Shown here in pieces: positions 25,101-39,387 of a DNA stretch of 64,000 nucleotides. Origin of the DNA: Mytilus californianus (taxonomy: Eukaryota). The position numbers and the translations under genes are program-made. Under the pieces are notes generated by a model that made no database searches, was not told where the DNA came from, and saw only the letters and a program-made list of their open reading frames with translations. The stretch is from positions 3,286,001-3,350,000 of the forward strand of contig NW_026262701.1 in assembly GCF_021869535.1 (NCBI RefSeq). The letters are read 5' to 3'. The first letter of the stretch is position 1. Each line of letters starts with the position of its first letter.

Positions 25101-28100
25101 CGATTTATAAGATTTGAAAAAAGAGGGACGAAAGATACCAGAGGGACAGTCAAACTCATAGATCGAAAACAAAATGACAACGCCATGGCCAAAAATAAAA
25201 AGACAAACAGACAAATAATAGTACAGATGACACAACATAGAAAACTAAAGACTAAGCAACACGAACCCCACCAAAAACTGGGGGTGATCTCAGGTGCTCC
25301 GGATGGGTAAACAGGTCCTGCTTCACATGTGGCACCCGTCGTGTTGCTTATGTTATTACAAATCCGGTAAATAGTCTAATTCGGTAGGTCACATTAGTGA
25401 AAAGGGAAGGGTATTGTAGTTACGACATAAGGAACATATCCGATATCATCTGTGAAACGGTTATTCCATAACGGTCAACCAACTCGTGATGGCGTCCGTA
25501 AAATTTACGAAGGGATGATTTCAACTTCACCATTTGGAACTCTTGGTTTAATAGCTTCCTTGTGAGCAGCAATCCTCTATCAATGAAATCATGATAGGAA
25601 ATACAAGCCCGGGAATATCGTATCAATTGGGTGATATATACTCCGTATGCAGGCGCTGCTGGAATGTTGCTACATAGAAATGGAAAGTTCACAATTGGGA
25701 AGCGGAAATCATCTCTTTTGTCGTAAAGTTTTGTTTTCAACCGACCCTCATTGTCATTTTCTAGATGTAAGTCAAGATATGAGGAAGACTTAACTGTATC
25801 TGTAGTATCCTTTATCTCTAGTACGATGGGATAGATTCGTTCAACATAGTCACCAAATTTTGTATTATTTAGTGAGAGAACATCATCTATATAGCGGAAC
25901 GTAAAGTTAAAGGATATTGCTAACTTCTTATCTTTCTTCCTAAGAAGTTCTTGTATGAAGTCAGCCTCATAATAATAAAGAAACAAGTCGGCAAGAAGAG
26001 GGGCACAATTGATTCCCATTGGAATTCCGGCAGTCTGTTGAAAAACACGTCCTCCAAACGTAACAAATATGTTGTCAATCAAGAAATCAAGCATCTTGAT
26101 AATGTCAGTTTCAGAGAATTTTTTGTTTGATTCAGAGTGATTCTTTACAAAGTAGATTTATCCCTCCCCAAGACAAGATACTTGTATCTACGTTCGCCAT
26201 TCTTTTTAATGAAACAAAGTAATACCAACTCTTTCAATTTGTCTTTTAGTTTCGAATGAGGAATACTTGTGTAATTGTAGAAAAGTCAAATGTTTTAATA
26301 CTATTGCAAGATGAGAGAGTCTTAGATTGTATGTACTCTAAAAGATCTTTGGAATTTTTTAGTATCCACATCTGATTCACGCCACCTCTAGAATAGGCAT
26401 TTTCACAATAACTTTGGAGCCCGGGTTTGATTACTGATTAAATATATGTTAATAATTAAGAAAGAGGTTTCGTGGAGCACTTGGAAGACCCAGCAATATA
26501 CCGTTGTTTGTAAGAACACTTATGTAGTTTAGGTATCCAATGCAGTGATGGAAGATCCAGTTCTTCATCTTTGGTTGAAATTCCAAAGGAACATAGAACA
26601 GACCTATGATTATCCAGAATTTCCTCTTTGGTAAGTGTCGTGAGGGTATATGTTGAGTTTCCAAATGAATTGTCAATACCTAATTCATTTCTCAAGCAGT
26701 TTATGTAATGATATTTACACACAAAAACGATGTTGTTTGGGGCTTTATCTGCGGGGACAACAACATAATTGTCATGGAGGTAGGACAAGTGTTTTGCAAC
26801 ATTTGGGTCTTTAAAAATTGACGTAGCGTGGGTATTGATAGACCCATTTAGTTTCTTAATTCGGATTTGTATCAACGACCTCACAGCCTTAATCCATTCG
26901 GAAAGAGTATCAACGTCTTCTTTCTCGCGTTTAGCCCATTGCCTAGCATAATCCTCGACTGAATCCATCAGTATTTTGAAGTTGTATTTCCAATTGATGG
27001 ATTTAGGCTCGCGATATTTCGTACCTTTGGATAACAAATTTCGCAGCGAAGTGTTATTGACAATGTTGAGGTCTCCGGTAATCACGTGGCCAGCCGGATT
27101 ATATGTGAATTGGGAACTAGCACAGGTGCAATCAGGAGGTTTAGACTTAAAGTCGTCAATGTTGAGATCCTGCAAAACGTGTTTGTAATTGAAAATTTTA
27201 GTTGCAATTAGTTTGGTATAGGTATGAGAAATTATTAGTACAGACTGATCTTTAAAATAAGGAGGTATTTTCGACTGAACTAATTTATGATGAAGGATAT
27301 TGCCTAAGTTGACGCAATCGACATTTGAATACAATTTTCCTCTTCTCATATCTCCTTAGCCATCCCAGCCGTATGGCAGCAGTGTTTTCTTTTTTTTTTT
27401 ATATCCCACCCATCATGTTCTTCGGAAAATGTCTGTACCAAATCAGGAATATGGCAGTTGTTTTTCATTTGTTCCGTTGATTGATATCATTTGATATTGT
27501 CAGTTTTGAATGGACATCCTTTTTGAATTTATATTGGAGTTGGGTATTTTATGTTTTACATTTTTATTGCTTATGTTTTTTATCTTGTACTTTCAATTTG
27601 TTATTGTTTCCTTTGGCACATCTACGTTTCCTTTCATGTTTACCTAGCTTTTGTTTTTTGCAATACATAAAGCAATCATCCCAGATATCGATATTTGAAC
27701 ATAAACCTTTATATTGCAAGAACAGTCATTTCTTTTCTTCTCTTTTATTTCCATTATTTTTATTTAAATTAAACGTATTCATTGTTTAATCATTCTAATG
27801 TTTAGATTTGAATGTTCTGGAAGCCTAGAATGTATCAAGTTTTTTTTTTAATTTTTGTTTTTATTTATTTAAGGGTGTCGTGTTTCCTGTTGGCCACTCA
27901 ATGTGGGGAAGATGGGCTCCTCCTCTAGAACGTAGCAAACTTATAGCAACGTCCTACGTAGGCAAGTTTTATATTTACATTAACTATGTTTTATTGAGTT
28001 TACTTGTATCAAATTTAAAGATATATCGTATTATTTATGCTTATCATTTTAATATTTAGTGGCGACAATCTGAAGGTGACCTTTTAAGTATGTTAGCATA

Positions 28101-31100
28101 CTTTAAAATGATATTTCAATTGATCGGTCGTAATACAATTAACACATGTATCACCTGTTTTCCAGTATAAAAAGTCACGCACAATAAAATAATACTGATA
28201 ACACCCTTCTCCCCTGCAAAAACGAACATGCAATCAAACAAAACAAATCATTAAAATGATTAAACTGTCTTATAACTGTGTACATATTGAGTACATTTTT
28301 TTAATTGATAATTTATGTATGAGGTCATTGGTAAAGTTAAACCGGGATGGACTTTTCTCGATGTACTTTCATTTTAATGATATGAAATTCAATATGATAC
28401 AATCCGATTTTAGTGACCTTTTGTTATCAGACAACGCCTTATATTAGATCAGCAATTTCAACAAGATAAACGTATTTTGAAGAAAAAAAAATGATATATT
28501 AAAATCTGCATTTTATTCCTAATGAACGTCTACTAATATATTATTCAAACGCTTAAAAGACTATCATATTAAAGATTAATGTTTCCAGCTATAATCCTAT
28601 ATCTAGGAAATCCTGAAACTATCCAACAGAGACATTGATTTGTGTATTTGTGTGTGTGGTGTCAATCTCAATGTAAAAGAGAGGCGAACGATACCAAAAG
28701 GATATTCAAAGCCATTTGTCGAAAACAAACTGACAATACCATGACAAAAGATGACAAATGTCGAATGCTTGAAATTGCTAATAAATATGTTCATCAATGG
28801 CATTATCTATCAGGACAATTCTTAAACACATATAGTATGTATAAGTATAAATCAAGTCTTAAATTAGATGTTCATACTTCATATGAAACAATTATCAAGC
28901 TTTGTCCGTTGCTTTCTTTTTTCAAAATTTTTTTAGACAGTATCCATGATTACTGTTATTTTGAATATATCAAAAAACGTATTAAGGATACAAAGAATAA
29001 AGTAGAGACATTTACTATTTTTTGTTTTAGGAGCAACGTGTGGAATAATTGGTACATTTGCTGCCTCAGGACTACTTTGTGAATATGGCTTTGATAATGG
29101 ATGGGGTTCAATATTTTATATCACTGGTAAGTGTTTAAAGAGTTACGGTTGATATATGTTACAAGAATTAGCAATTTAATCAAAATTTGGTTGACCGTTA
29201 AGTAATATCTGTGTCACAGACGACCACGGACATGTTCTAAAAAATAAAAACAGTATGTAAGAACCGAAACAGTTGAGGAGCTTTATGACAAAAAAAGTAT
29301 AGAAATAATAACCAAATCCTTCTCCGATTCCCTCAGATTTCGTTTGTTACCTTGATTTGATTTGTTTCTTCTTTATATTTTCTGATTGTCATTACCACAT
29401 TCCCAACCTCTTTTTCTCGATCACCGAATGAGACTCATTACCGAATGTGTACTTACCATAAGCAGCACGACGGGTGCCAATAGTTGATGGGGTTCGTGGT
29501 ATTCAGTCTTTAGTATTCTATGTAGTGTTTTGTGAAGTTATTTTCATTCAATCGTCTTTCGTATTTTGATATAGCATTTAGGCGATAGAAGCTTACCGTT
29601 GTTTAAATCTTGTAAAACGATAAGGAAAAAAAAAATCAAATCAAGATTAAAAAATATTGGAAAAGGAGCGAAATTAGGAACGACAGAGTATTGTAAGTTT
29701 CTATGAGTTTGAATGTTCTATTGGTATTTTCTGACTCTTTATTTCAAATCGCAATAGTTAAAACAAAGACAGATAAATGTGGAGTTAGAATAGCCGAAAA
29801 ACTATTGCAGAACTATGGGCAGACAGGATAACAAATATCTGATTCATCTATTTGAGATAGCATACAGTAGTAATAATCTCAGTGAACCTATACACACTCA
29901 TCATAAGGTCAGTTATTATTTCAAAAGGACAATTGAGGACACTTGTAATGTACATTGTAAGACAGATAAAACAACTATGTCGTACAAGATTGTTTACCTG
30001 GTATCTTTGATGCATTTTCATAAATAGACTATCCCACCAAACCAATTTTTGATGTCGTAGGACTTTGATTTCGACTGTCAACATTCCATGCCATAGTCAA
30101 ATAGTAAATAACTACTTGATAGTTTAAAGTTGACAATTAAATCAAAAACATTGTGCTTGTATTATGATATTTGGTTTGTTTGTGTGTGACAAATTCTACA
30201 ATGAATATTAAATGAAATAGACACCATTGTCCATATAGTATTCACCATGAGTAACATGACTTAAAACACACGCAGAGCAGGATCTGTTTACGTTTTTGGA
30301 GCACTTGAGCCCACCACAATTCTTTTTTTCTATGAAGTGGTTTGTGAACTTGATTGTCATTTCCTTGTTTTTCGTTTATGCTACGGCTTGTCAGTTTCTC
30401 TTCGAATTACGAGCTTTGCATGTCCCCTTGGTAGCTTTTTTTGTTAGCCTTTGTTTTAATTGCGGTAATTGGAAACCATAATAATTATTTTTTTAATTAA
30501 ACTGATATGTGGGGTATACGTCAATTAGACAATTCATCAATTGAATAGATCAATTAAAAGACATTTTATACATGTAATTTAAATTCTGGGTGGAGAATCA
30601 TAAGGTTTTCTGAGAGAAAAAGCATTAAAATAAGATAGGCAATATCAAAATTGATAAGCATTTCGCATAGATACGTTACAAATGAACCACACACTCTTTT
30701 AAAGTAATTTTGGATGTATTTATAAATATTAATATAATATTGGTCGTCTTATAATTTGAAGAATACGGGAGGAAATTCGGGGTCAATAGGAAAGCAAAAA
30801 CAATAGAAAAAAGAACCAAAGACATATCAATTGTGTTCAACAAAAGAAAAGACAATTACATGTTTCTAAAAGAGGCGCGTTTAGTGCCACTGAAAGTTCA
30901 CAGTATTACACAAATAAAAACAAAAAATTAGTTTTGCTTACTTCAATTCGTGGAAAACAAAATCCGGAAAAAAGGTATTTTACTGTGTATGAATACGATT
31001 TATATATTTTTTTCCGTCAGGTGGATTGAGTTGCATTTGGACTGTTGTCTGGTTTTACCAAGCTAGAGATTCCCCGTCAGAACATCCTAGAATATCTAAA

Positions 31101-34100
31101 GCAGAGTTACGATATTTAACGAATGCTATTGAGTTTGACACATCCAGAAAGGTACATGCAAAAAAAAAAACCCCCAAAAAAACAGTTTAATTTTTTACTA
31201 TTCGTGATTGCAACATAAACATGTTAATTACAGAAATGATTTTCCCCAAAACAACGGATACACTTCCAAATAACAATTTATAGGATGCTACGTGCTATAA
31301 CATATTGTCGTTTCTTTTTGTTGTGATTCACCATACCTTAAAACAACAAAAACTACAAAAACAAAAGACAGATCGTTGCGACTACATGGCGACTTGGGGT
31401 AAACTATGGTTGGAGGAAATACCCCACAAGTTGCATAGCTTTGTAGGAAACCATGACTATCAATGATAGATCTGCACATTTGTAGTCGCAAATACTTGTC
31501 CTTACCACAGATAGATTTTAATCATTTCACAATATCACAGATCAATGCATATTGGTTCAAAATTTTAGACGAAATATGTACATTATTTGTGGTTTAAGCC
31601 TTGGATTACCCCAGGTTATTACACGGATTAAGACTGTCGTAAAGTGATTACATTTCTAAACGTATTTGATTAAATGATATCACTGTATGGTAAAAATTAT
31701 CATCATTTGGACGTTTATCTGCATCGTAGGCCACAATACATAATATAGTAATTTACAATCCAACATAAAAACGTAGTATACATACCTGTATTTGTGATTA
31801 TATATTCAAAATAAAGATTCAGATCTTAAACTCTAGTTACAAATTGCTGATTTGGTTTTTTTAAATAACAACAGGTGTCAGACATACCATGGAAAAAAAT
31901 GGGAACTTCAGTTGTTCTATGGGTAGGAATATGTACCCATATGTGTTCTAACTGGGGATGGTATACACTTCTTACAAATCTACCTGCTTTTATGAAGACA
32001 GTTCTGAAATTTGATATTAAAAGTGTAAGTTTCTATAAAATTAAGCTTAAGCTTGAGCTGACAGTTCGATATGGTTATTAAAACGTAAAATAACAAAAAA
32101 ATACCGAACTCTAAGGAATATTCAAAAAGGAAAGTCCCTTATCAAATGGCAAGATCAAAAGCTCAAACACATTAAACGAATTGAAAACAACTGTCATATT
32201 CTTTACTTGGTATAGGCATTTTCTTAAGTAGAAAATGGTGGATTAAATCTGGTTTTATAGCTAGCTGTATGAGAGTCATATAGCATTCCAGTATGTTGAC
32301 AACAATGTGTGAACAAAACAAACAGACAAAAAGTGCATTATCTTATGACTATAATCTGAGATCTATTTCCAGCATCAAACAATTATCGTATCAACTTAAA
32401 AGTAATGTGATATGAATATTGATACGACAAATATGCATATTTGTATCGTATCGATACAATATGCAACGACTATGCGACAATTAAATTAGGTATCCGTTAG
32501 GTCAATGACGACTTTCAAAGGCGACACCGAAACTGACTGGTTTTTTTTCTGTTGTAACAATCATTTTAAATTTCTTCAATAATATACAAAGCACATGTTT
32601 CAACTGTAACTTTTATTCTTGTCTAATTTGATTCCATTTTTTGCAAATTAACATCTTGAAACCATATTATATTAATGGTCGACCCTAAAAGAGGACTTAT
32701 GACATGAACCTGGTTAGGAGCAACAGATAAGAAAAAATGTGTTGTTGAATTTTCAATTTCAAAAAGAAAATCTTGTCATAGAATTGCAGATCGCTTAATT
32801 TAACTCTCGTTATCCAATTTTAATAGTCATGAAAATAAACTCGTCAAAGGCTCGTTTATCATAACATTTTAATCAAATAACTCGAACTTGTGTCAAGCGC
32901 TATCCAATTCCACTCGTTATGAAGTCTTTGATTATAATAGAATGTATCTGTATCAAAAACCGTTGTTTTAATGTTTTATGATATGATATATTCTTGCTCC
33001 TATTGGAGAAGTTTGTCCATGAACCTAACATATATAGAAAAAATCAGCATTGATTTTAACGAATTGTGTCGTTTTGAAACGGTCATTTATATACTAGTGT
33101 CAGTGATTCGGTGCATATTAAAATGCACAGAACTGATATACACGAAGATATGAGGAATATTCACAACAATATACAGTACAACAGAACACACTTTCAAAGA
33201 TCCGCTTTAATCGAAAAAAAAGTACAATAAAACACAACAACAAATAGCAACACAACGTCAAACTATCACGACTTGGTACAGGCACAACATGTGTTTGGGT
33301 TAAATCAGTTTAATGTGGGCAGACACATTCCCATTCCTGTCTAGATCACATATCGTTAAAGTAATACGCACAGTAGAAAATAAAACCACGCACAGCTTAG
33401 CTCAAAGTTGGCTTCAAGTTAGCAATCATCTTAGAAAAGGGAATAATAAACGATATACGATATAAAAAATAAACACAGTAAAAGTGTACTCGCTTCCTCA
33501 GGAAGCTAGGTACTGTAGCAAAAGCTTTTGGTTGAATACTGCCCGCTCAATTGAACAAAAAATATATCAAAAAACAAAAGTCAAAACAGTTTTCATGAAT
33601 TTTTATCATCATAACTTTCAACTGAAATTGGCAGTATTTGTGAGAGATCAAGAATGGTTAGACAATCAACATACCAACCAGACTGGGACTTAGTTTTATT
33701 AGGGTTCTATGGCCGAGGAGTTTATTTTTGAGTAACACAAACTATATATATATATTTATAAACATGAAGCAGATGTAGGTACTTATCAATGTGCTGTCGT
33801 AAAGTTATCTTTTGTTTTATTTAATTCATAGAATGGAGGTCTGTCATCTTTGCCATACATTTGTCAGGCTATCATGTCAATAGGAGCTGGACATTTGGCC
33901 GACTTTCTCAGAAGAAACAAAATATTGACAACAAGACAAACCAGGAGATTAAATCAGACTATTTGTAAGTCTATTTTAAAAAATACTATTTTTCACAGTA
34001 ATTTCAAATTCAATCTAGTACGATTTTTGTAATTTATTGACCAAGTTACAACACTTATTGAATTACCAATTACATTTGACTCAAAACATTCTCATGATTT

Positions 34101-37100
34101 CATGAAATAAAAATAACTTTAGCTACAAACAAAACAAAGAAATTACTTTATAAGTTTGGTGCGTTTGATGTGACTTTCTGGATTGGCAATTATCTGGAAC
34201 TCAAATGAAAAAAAGTATGCAAGGTAGTTAAAAACGTGAGGAACTAATATAGTACGGTTACAAGAAAGGGTAAATTTGATACATTAGTGGACTTATTTTT
34301 TTTTTTTTGCATTTTTAAAATTAATTCTATTCGATTAACGCCTGTGGTAAAATGCTAAATGCTGCTTTTTTTTTAAATTGAGGTCAAAGGTCAGTAGGCG
34401 GAACTTTTCGAAAATCCTTCATGATACTTAACTAGAAATCAATGAAATCATGCTCTGGTAATGTTAGTTTGATTGATATTTTACTTCTACGCCCGAATGC
34501 CAGATATTGATGCCTTGTACACTGCTTACATTATGTGCGAAAATGACAAAAACTATCTTAATCCAGGAAAATGTTTACCCATAAATCTTTAAATCTTAGA
34601 TTAAATCAGCAATAATATTGGACATTATATATAGACATTTCCAAAAAGTATTTGGTTTAAATTCAATGAATTATAAAGAAATAAGTCATCTTCTGACTTT
34701 CAGTCAATTTTGAGACTATCTGCATTAAATTCTGTACTGTTCAGACAATTCGCTTTTCGCTTGCATTCAAATCAGTATTGTTCAGTAGCTTTTCAGACAA
34801 TTAGGAATGATGTTAAGGTTTACAGGTGAAAAGCAATTACTGAACAATCTGAACATAGAGCGAACAGATCTTGATTGACTGCCAGAGAACGGTCTTAACA
34901 GTAATGTATTTACTGCAGTAGATAAGTATGAAAAATGACTGAAAGACTAAAAATGAATTGATAGATTATTGTTCAATCTTTTAAAGGCTGTTCAGATCAA
35001 AATGACTGCTATACTTTTTTTTGTCCTTTTTGATGTATAGCTCTTCATAATTAGCTTTTGATTTTCAAATATGTTGGCCTCGAGCATCACTCAAGAGACA
35101 TTGATTGTCAAAATGCGCATCTGGTACGTTTATGTTATTTCGGAACGAAAATTGAAAAACCAGGTTCAATCCACCATTTTTTTCATAAGAAAATGCCTGT
35201 ACCAAGTCAGGAATATGACAGTTGTTGTCCATTCGTTTGATGTGTTTGTGCTTTTGATTCTGCCAATTGGTTAGGGACTTTCCGTTTTGAATTTTCCTCG
35301 GAGTTCAGTATTTTTGTGATTTAACTTTTTTTTTGGAAAGTTTCTGTTATTTCGTAACAAAAAATTGGAACGTTTATGTAATTTTGAACGAAAAATTGGT
35401 TTATTAGTGGCACTATTCTAACAATGCTCGAACATATGTAACAAAAATTCACGAATCCAGATTACCATATAGGACTAATATAGCTATGTGTCGTTTTCCG
35501 ATTTCATCGGGTTTTCTTCATGATTGTGAAGTATGTGGTATGTGTAGCTGGTATCCTAGATAGTCATCTTTACAACTTTGCCTTGAAGGCGACTCTAGCT
35601 TTTGTCTCATAAATGTATATGTGATGATGACTTACTAATGTTATCGTTGTGGTTTCTTATTTGATGTAATACATAAAAAGTTAACCATTAGGCTCTTTTG
35701 CTCTGAAATGTGCTTTTAATATTCCAGCATTTTCCGGATCTGGAACATTTCTGGTTGCCACAGGTTTCGTGCCTTGCGAGAAAAAGTACTTAGCAGTTCT
35801 GTTTCTTTGTCTGGCAGTAACGATGAGTGGGTTTACCAGAGCCGGATATTCTGTTAATCATATTGATGTTGCGCCAAAGTAAGACTTTTGTCTTTTATGT
35901 TTAAAGATTAAGTGTCATTATGTAATGCTATTCCTTAAATTGAAATCATCAAGCTGTAAATCAGGAGTCAAATGCGTTAATAGGTCCCTACAACAGATAA
36001 TTTATTGACCTTAATAAAATTCAAAGTCAACGGTTGTGCTGACTATGATCTTCCCATTTTCCAACGTGGAATGAGATTTACTCACAATCGTATAATTAAA
36101 GAAAGGTAAATGAACAATTTAGGAACACCAAGCAACAACTTTGTATTGTTTTTACCGAAAAGCTATGACCTCTCTTTAAAAAAATAAACACCTTCTATAT
36201 TTCCAGAAATATCGTATGTGGGCATTGGAAACTACTAGTCGTAGTTGTTTTCCGAAATATACTCTTTTATATATGTGAGAAGGAAAAATTGTGAAAGAGC
36301 AAGGTCGTCATAATCATTCCACATGAAAACTAGTATGTAACATATTTCGACAATACAAATTTTGTACATTAAGCCGCACCTTCGTTATGTTTTGACAAAA
36401 AATGTTACGACCGAGATAATTTTCCAACACCTTTTTTTCATTTAAGTATTCAATGCTTCTTTTTGTAAATTTATTGGGGTTTAAAAGCGTTGACCGAAGT
36501 ACATGTTGTATGAAGCGCCGAAGCGCTTCATTCTAAAAATGTGCGCACGGTCAACGCTTTTACAACACTTCAAAAGTACTAAAAGAAGCAATCAATACTT
36601 ATAATTACTTTTTTTTGCTAGGATCATGAAATCACGATTTCTATCAAGTTTTTCTTTTATTTACCTGTGCACTTTATTGTGGAAGCTCGTGTCATCATGA
36701 ATGTTACATTTCATTTTGAAATGAAGGTTAATTTCGGAATGACGCGAGATTGCTGTTAGCCAATCAAAATAACGTATTATAATGAAACATACGTATAATG
36801 TAATTATAAAGACATAATGTCCCTAACTTTAAATCCTTGAAACCTTTATACAGGTAAAAAATCAAATGTAAAATTCACAAAAAAGCCGGATATACCCTTT
36901 TCTTTTTCAACAACCTCAAATACTATGATTTCAGAGAACATATGCTATCATTTTGTGCTATTGGCATCAAAATAAGGCATTTCCTGTTATCAGCAGTCAC
37001 ATCCTGTTGACAAAACTACATCAGCATATAGTTGGTTTCAGTAGAGAGCATGACTATCACTTAAGATATGCATGTGTCTTAGCTCAGGACAGGACACGGT

Positions 37101-39185
37101 TTCGCGCGCAAAAACTTTAGATCTGAGAATAATCGTCTAATCTGTAGTTTAACATATTGTCACCTATTCCTGGTTTTGACATTTTGAGTGTTGATTCGCA
37201 TGGCAAGTGATGCTTGCTATCAGGAGACACTTACCCAATCGACGTACCTGCTCTTGCTCCTTTAGTAGCTCATGCGATTTCCTAAGGTTTTGTTTGAAAC
37301 TTTACATATTTAGTGAAATACTCGTTGAACTGTTGTTGCTTTTGTAATATTTTCCTTATAATTGTTGTGACTAATGAATTGTGACCTCAAATGTTTGATG
37401 TTGTGCAATTCTTGATTATTATTCATTTTGGTTTTTGCAATGCAAAGTAATTAAAGAAAACATTTTGTGTTTGTCTTGCATTGTAATATGGAGAAAATCT
37501 TGTTTGATATACGTCTTCAACATAAATAATCTAGAATAAAATTACCGAAAATTGACTAATTCATTATTTAAAATTTAATCTGGCTATAATATGGATATTT
37601 TTTTTAACTTAGATACAGTGGAATAATGTTGGGCATTTGTAATACCATGGCAACAATTCCAGGAATGGTTGCTCCATTAGTAGCAGGTGCTTTGACTCCA
37701 AATGTATGTAAACTTATCATGTTTCACCCCCTCCATCTATATTTCAAATACTTTATTCGTTTTTGCCATGTCGTTGTGAGTTTATTTTGACATGCGAGAT
37801 CGAATGTCCCTTTGGTATCTTTTGCCTCTCTTTTCCTTTTCTTCGAGAGGTATAAGATAAGTCTTCTTCTATGTACAATCTTTAATCTATATCGCATGTC
37901 ATTGCATAACATGCATGCTTACCCGATCGATATGGACCTTTTTGGGACATATTGATAGTGTTATGAGTTCATCGTCGTCGCAATTTTGCATAAAAGACAC
38001 AATAAACGAAGCAATTGGTTGTTGTTTGCTGAATATCCAGGGGGTAATAAGTTCATACATGTTCAGAACGAAAAAAACAATAAATATAAATAACGCATCA
38101 AAAAGGTAATTGCTTGAAAGTAGGTCGACTTTGATGAAATAAAAAAAATTGAACTGCCACCGATGAGTTTAACCTAGAAACACAAAAATGAACGAAACAG
38201 ACACGCGACGTTATCTTGCAAAAATCAGAAAAGCAAGTACTTTTATCATGATAAATAAATATTTACAGTATAACATATCATGAAAATTAAATTGTATAAA
38301 CTTTAATGCACAGTATCAACTTTGAAATTTTATTACACAACGTCATTTGATAAAACGTTAAGAATTTTAACAGTAATAATTGTATGCACCAGATGCGCAT
38401 TTTGACAATCAATGTCTTCAGCGATGATCGAGGCCAAAATACTTGAAAATCTAAACCCTTATACAAACTTTGAAGAGCTGATCAAACCAAAAAGGACTTA
38501 CAGTATAGCCAAATTCGGACAATGAATCAGAGCTTTGCATATATTCCTTAATTTCAAAACCAATTTCCAAAATTGCATTACAGCACATTTACATCAAATA
38601 ATATCCATATTTTCTTGCCAGCAATGAGGGGTGACTTCTGGGCCAGTGATACCCTCGGTGACTTTATTTTAATCTAGATCACAGATCAGTTCGCCGATGA
38701 TGTAATGTGTCTTTGTGTTTTGAAAAAGAAAAAAATATCTTCCTTTATTTCATAAGTGGAATAGAAAAATCATATTTATTCAGCCAAGTATTGAATGAGG
38801 ATGTGGCAACATAAGTATGTGTCACATATTTCTTTTATTGTTTTTAATAATTCTTAATCCTGTGTACCTTTTCAAACAAAGCTAACATAAATGTGTGTTT
38901 TGAATTACCGTTTTTGTCTCTCTTTACAATGGAGTTGTTTTTCAAAAATCTGTTTTTTCCCCTCTTCATATCTAGATGAAACTGTTGTTTTCATTGCAGG
39001 ACACTCAAGAAGAATGGAGAAATGTGTTTTATGTGTGTGCTGTCTTTTACCTCATTGGTATAATTGTATTTGGAGGTTTTGCAAGAGGGGAAGTACAGTC
39101 ATGGGCGAAAGATAAAGATACGGAACTCGATATTGTTGATATAAAAGTACCCTTGACGTCTGAAACAGCGCAAAAAGATCAATAA
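22197..39185 (+). CDS. SLC17 family (sialin / vesicular glutamate transporter-like) MFS anion transporter, 513 aa, 11 coding exons
   Basis: Exons 22197-22257, 22733-22953, 24065-24298, 27874-27961, 29031-29126, 31021-31151, 31875-32024, 33832-33964, 35728-35878, 37613-37703 and 39000-39185 total 1542 nt in one open frame. SLC17 motifs: [100 protein letters not shown]. The intron 4 donor is GC. AATAAA at 39340. Confidence 0.93.
25121..27349 (-). mobile_element. 5'-truncated Naiad-type Penelope-like retroelement (RT, decayed) in SLC17 intron 3
   Basis: CxC linker ([17 protein letters not shown]), then [37 protein letters not shown] and RYIDDV. Two TAA stops (26456 and about 26438) and a frameshift near 26275 separate ORFs 26456-27349 and 25420-26094. 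The 3' UTR is 25121-25419. No GIY-YIG domain is present. Confidence 0.88.
36445..36599. repeat. Long nested palindrome / fold-back element
   Basis: AAAAGCGTTGACCG (36483-36496) pairs with CGGTCAACGCTTTT (36548-36561). Inner stem ATGAAGCGC-CGAA-GCGCTTCAT; outer AGTATT..TGCTTCTTTT / AAAAGAAGCA..AATACT. Confidence 0.85.
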
Positions 39186-39387
39186 CAATACTATCATATA
39201 AGTCTGCTCACCTTCAAATTTACATTTTATATTGTTTTTCAAGATGATTTATACATTGAGAAGGTGCAAAGTCTTTCAAAACGTGACAGTTTATTAAATT
39301 GTTACCGATTCAATAACTATTTTAGTATTCATAATGCATAATAAATACGGGAGCTTCTAAGGAAATATGAAAAGAAGCTAGCATATA

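Noticed and set aside
25420-27349. Selenocysteine-encoding Naiad (known in some bivalves)
   Set aside because: The interruptions I translated are TAA stops and a frameshift, not in-frame TGA, so there is no evidence of Sec recoding in this copy.
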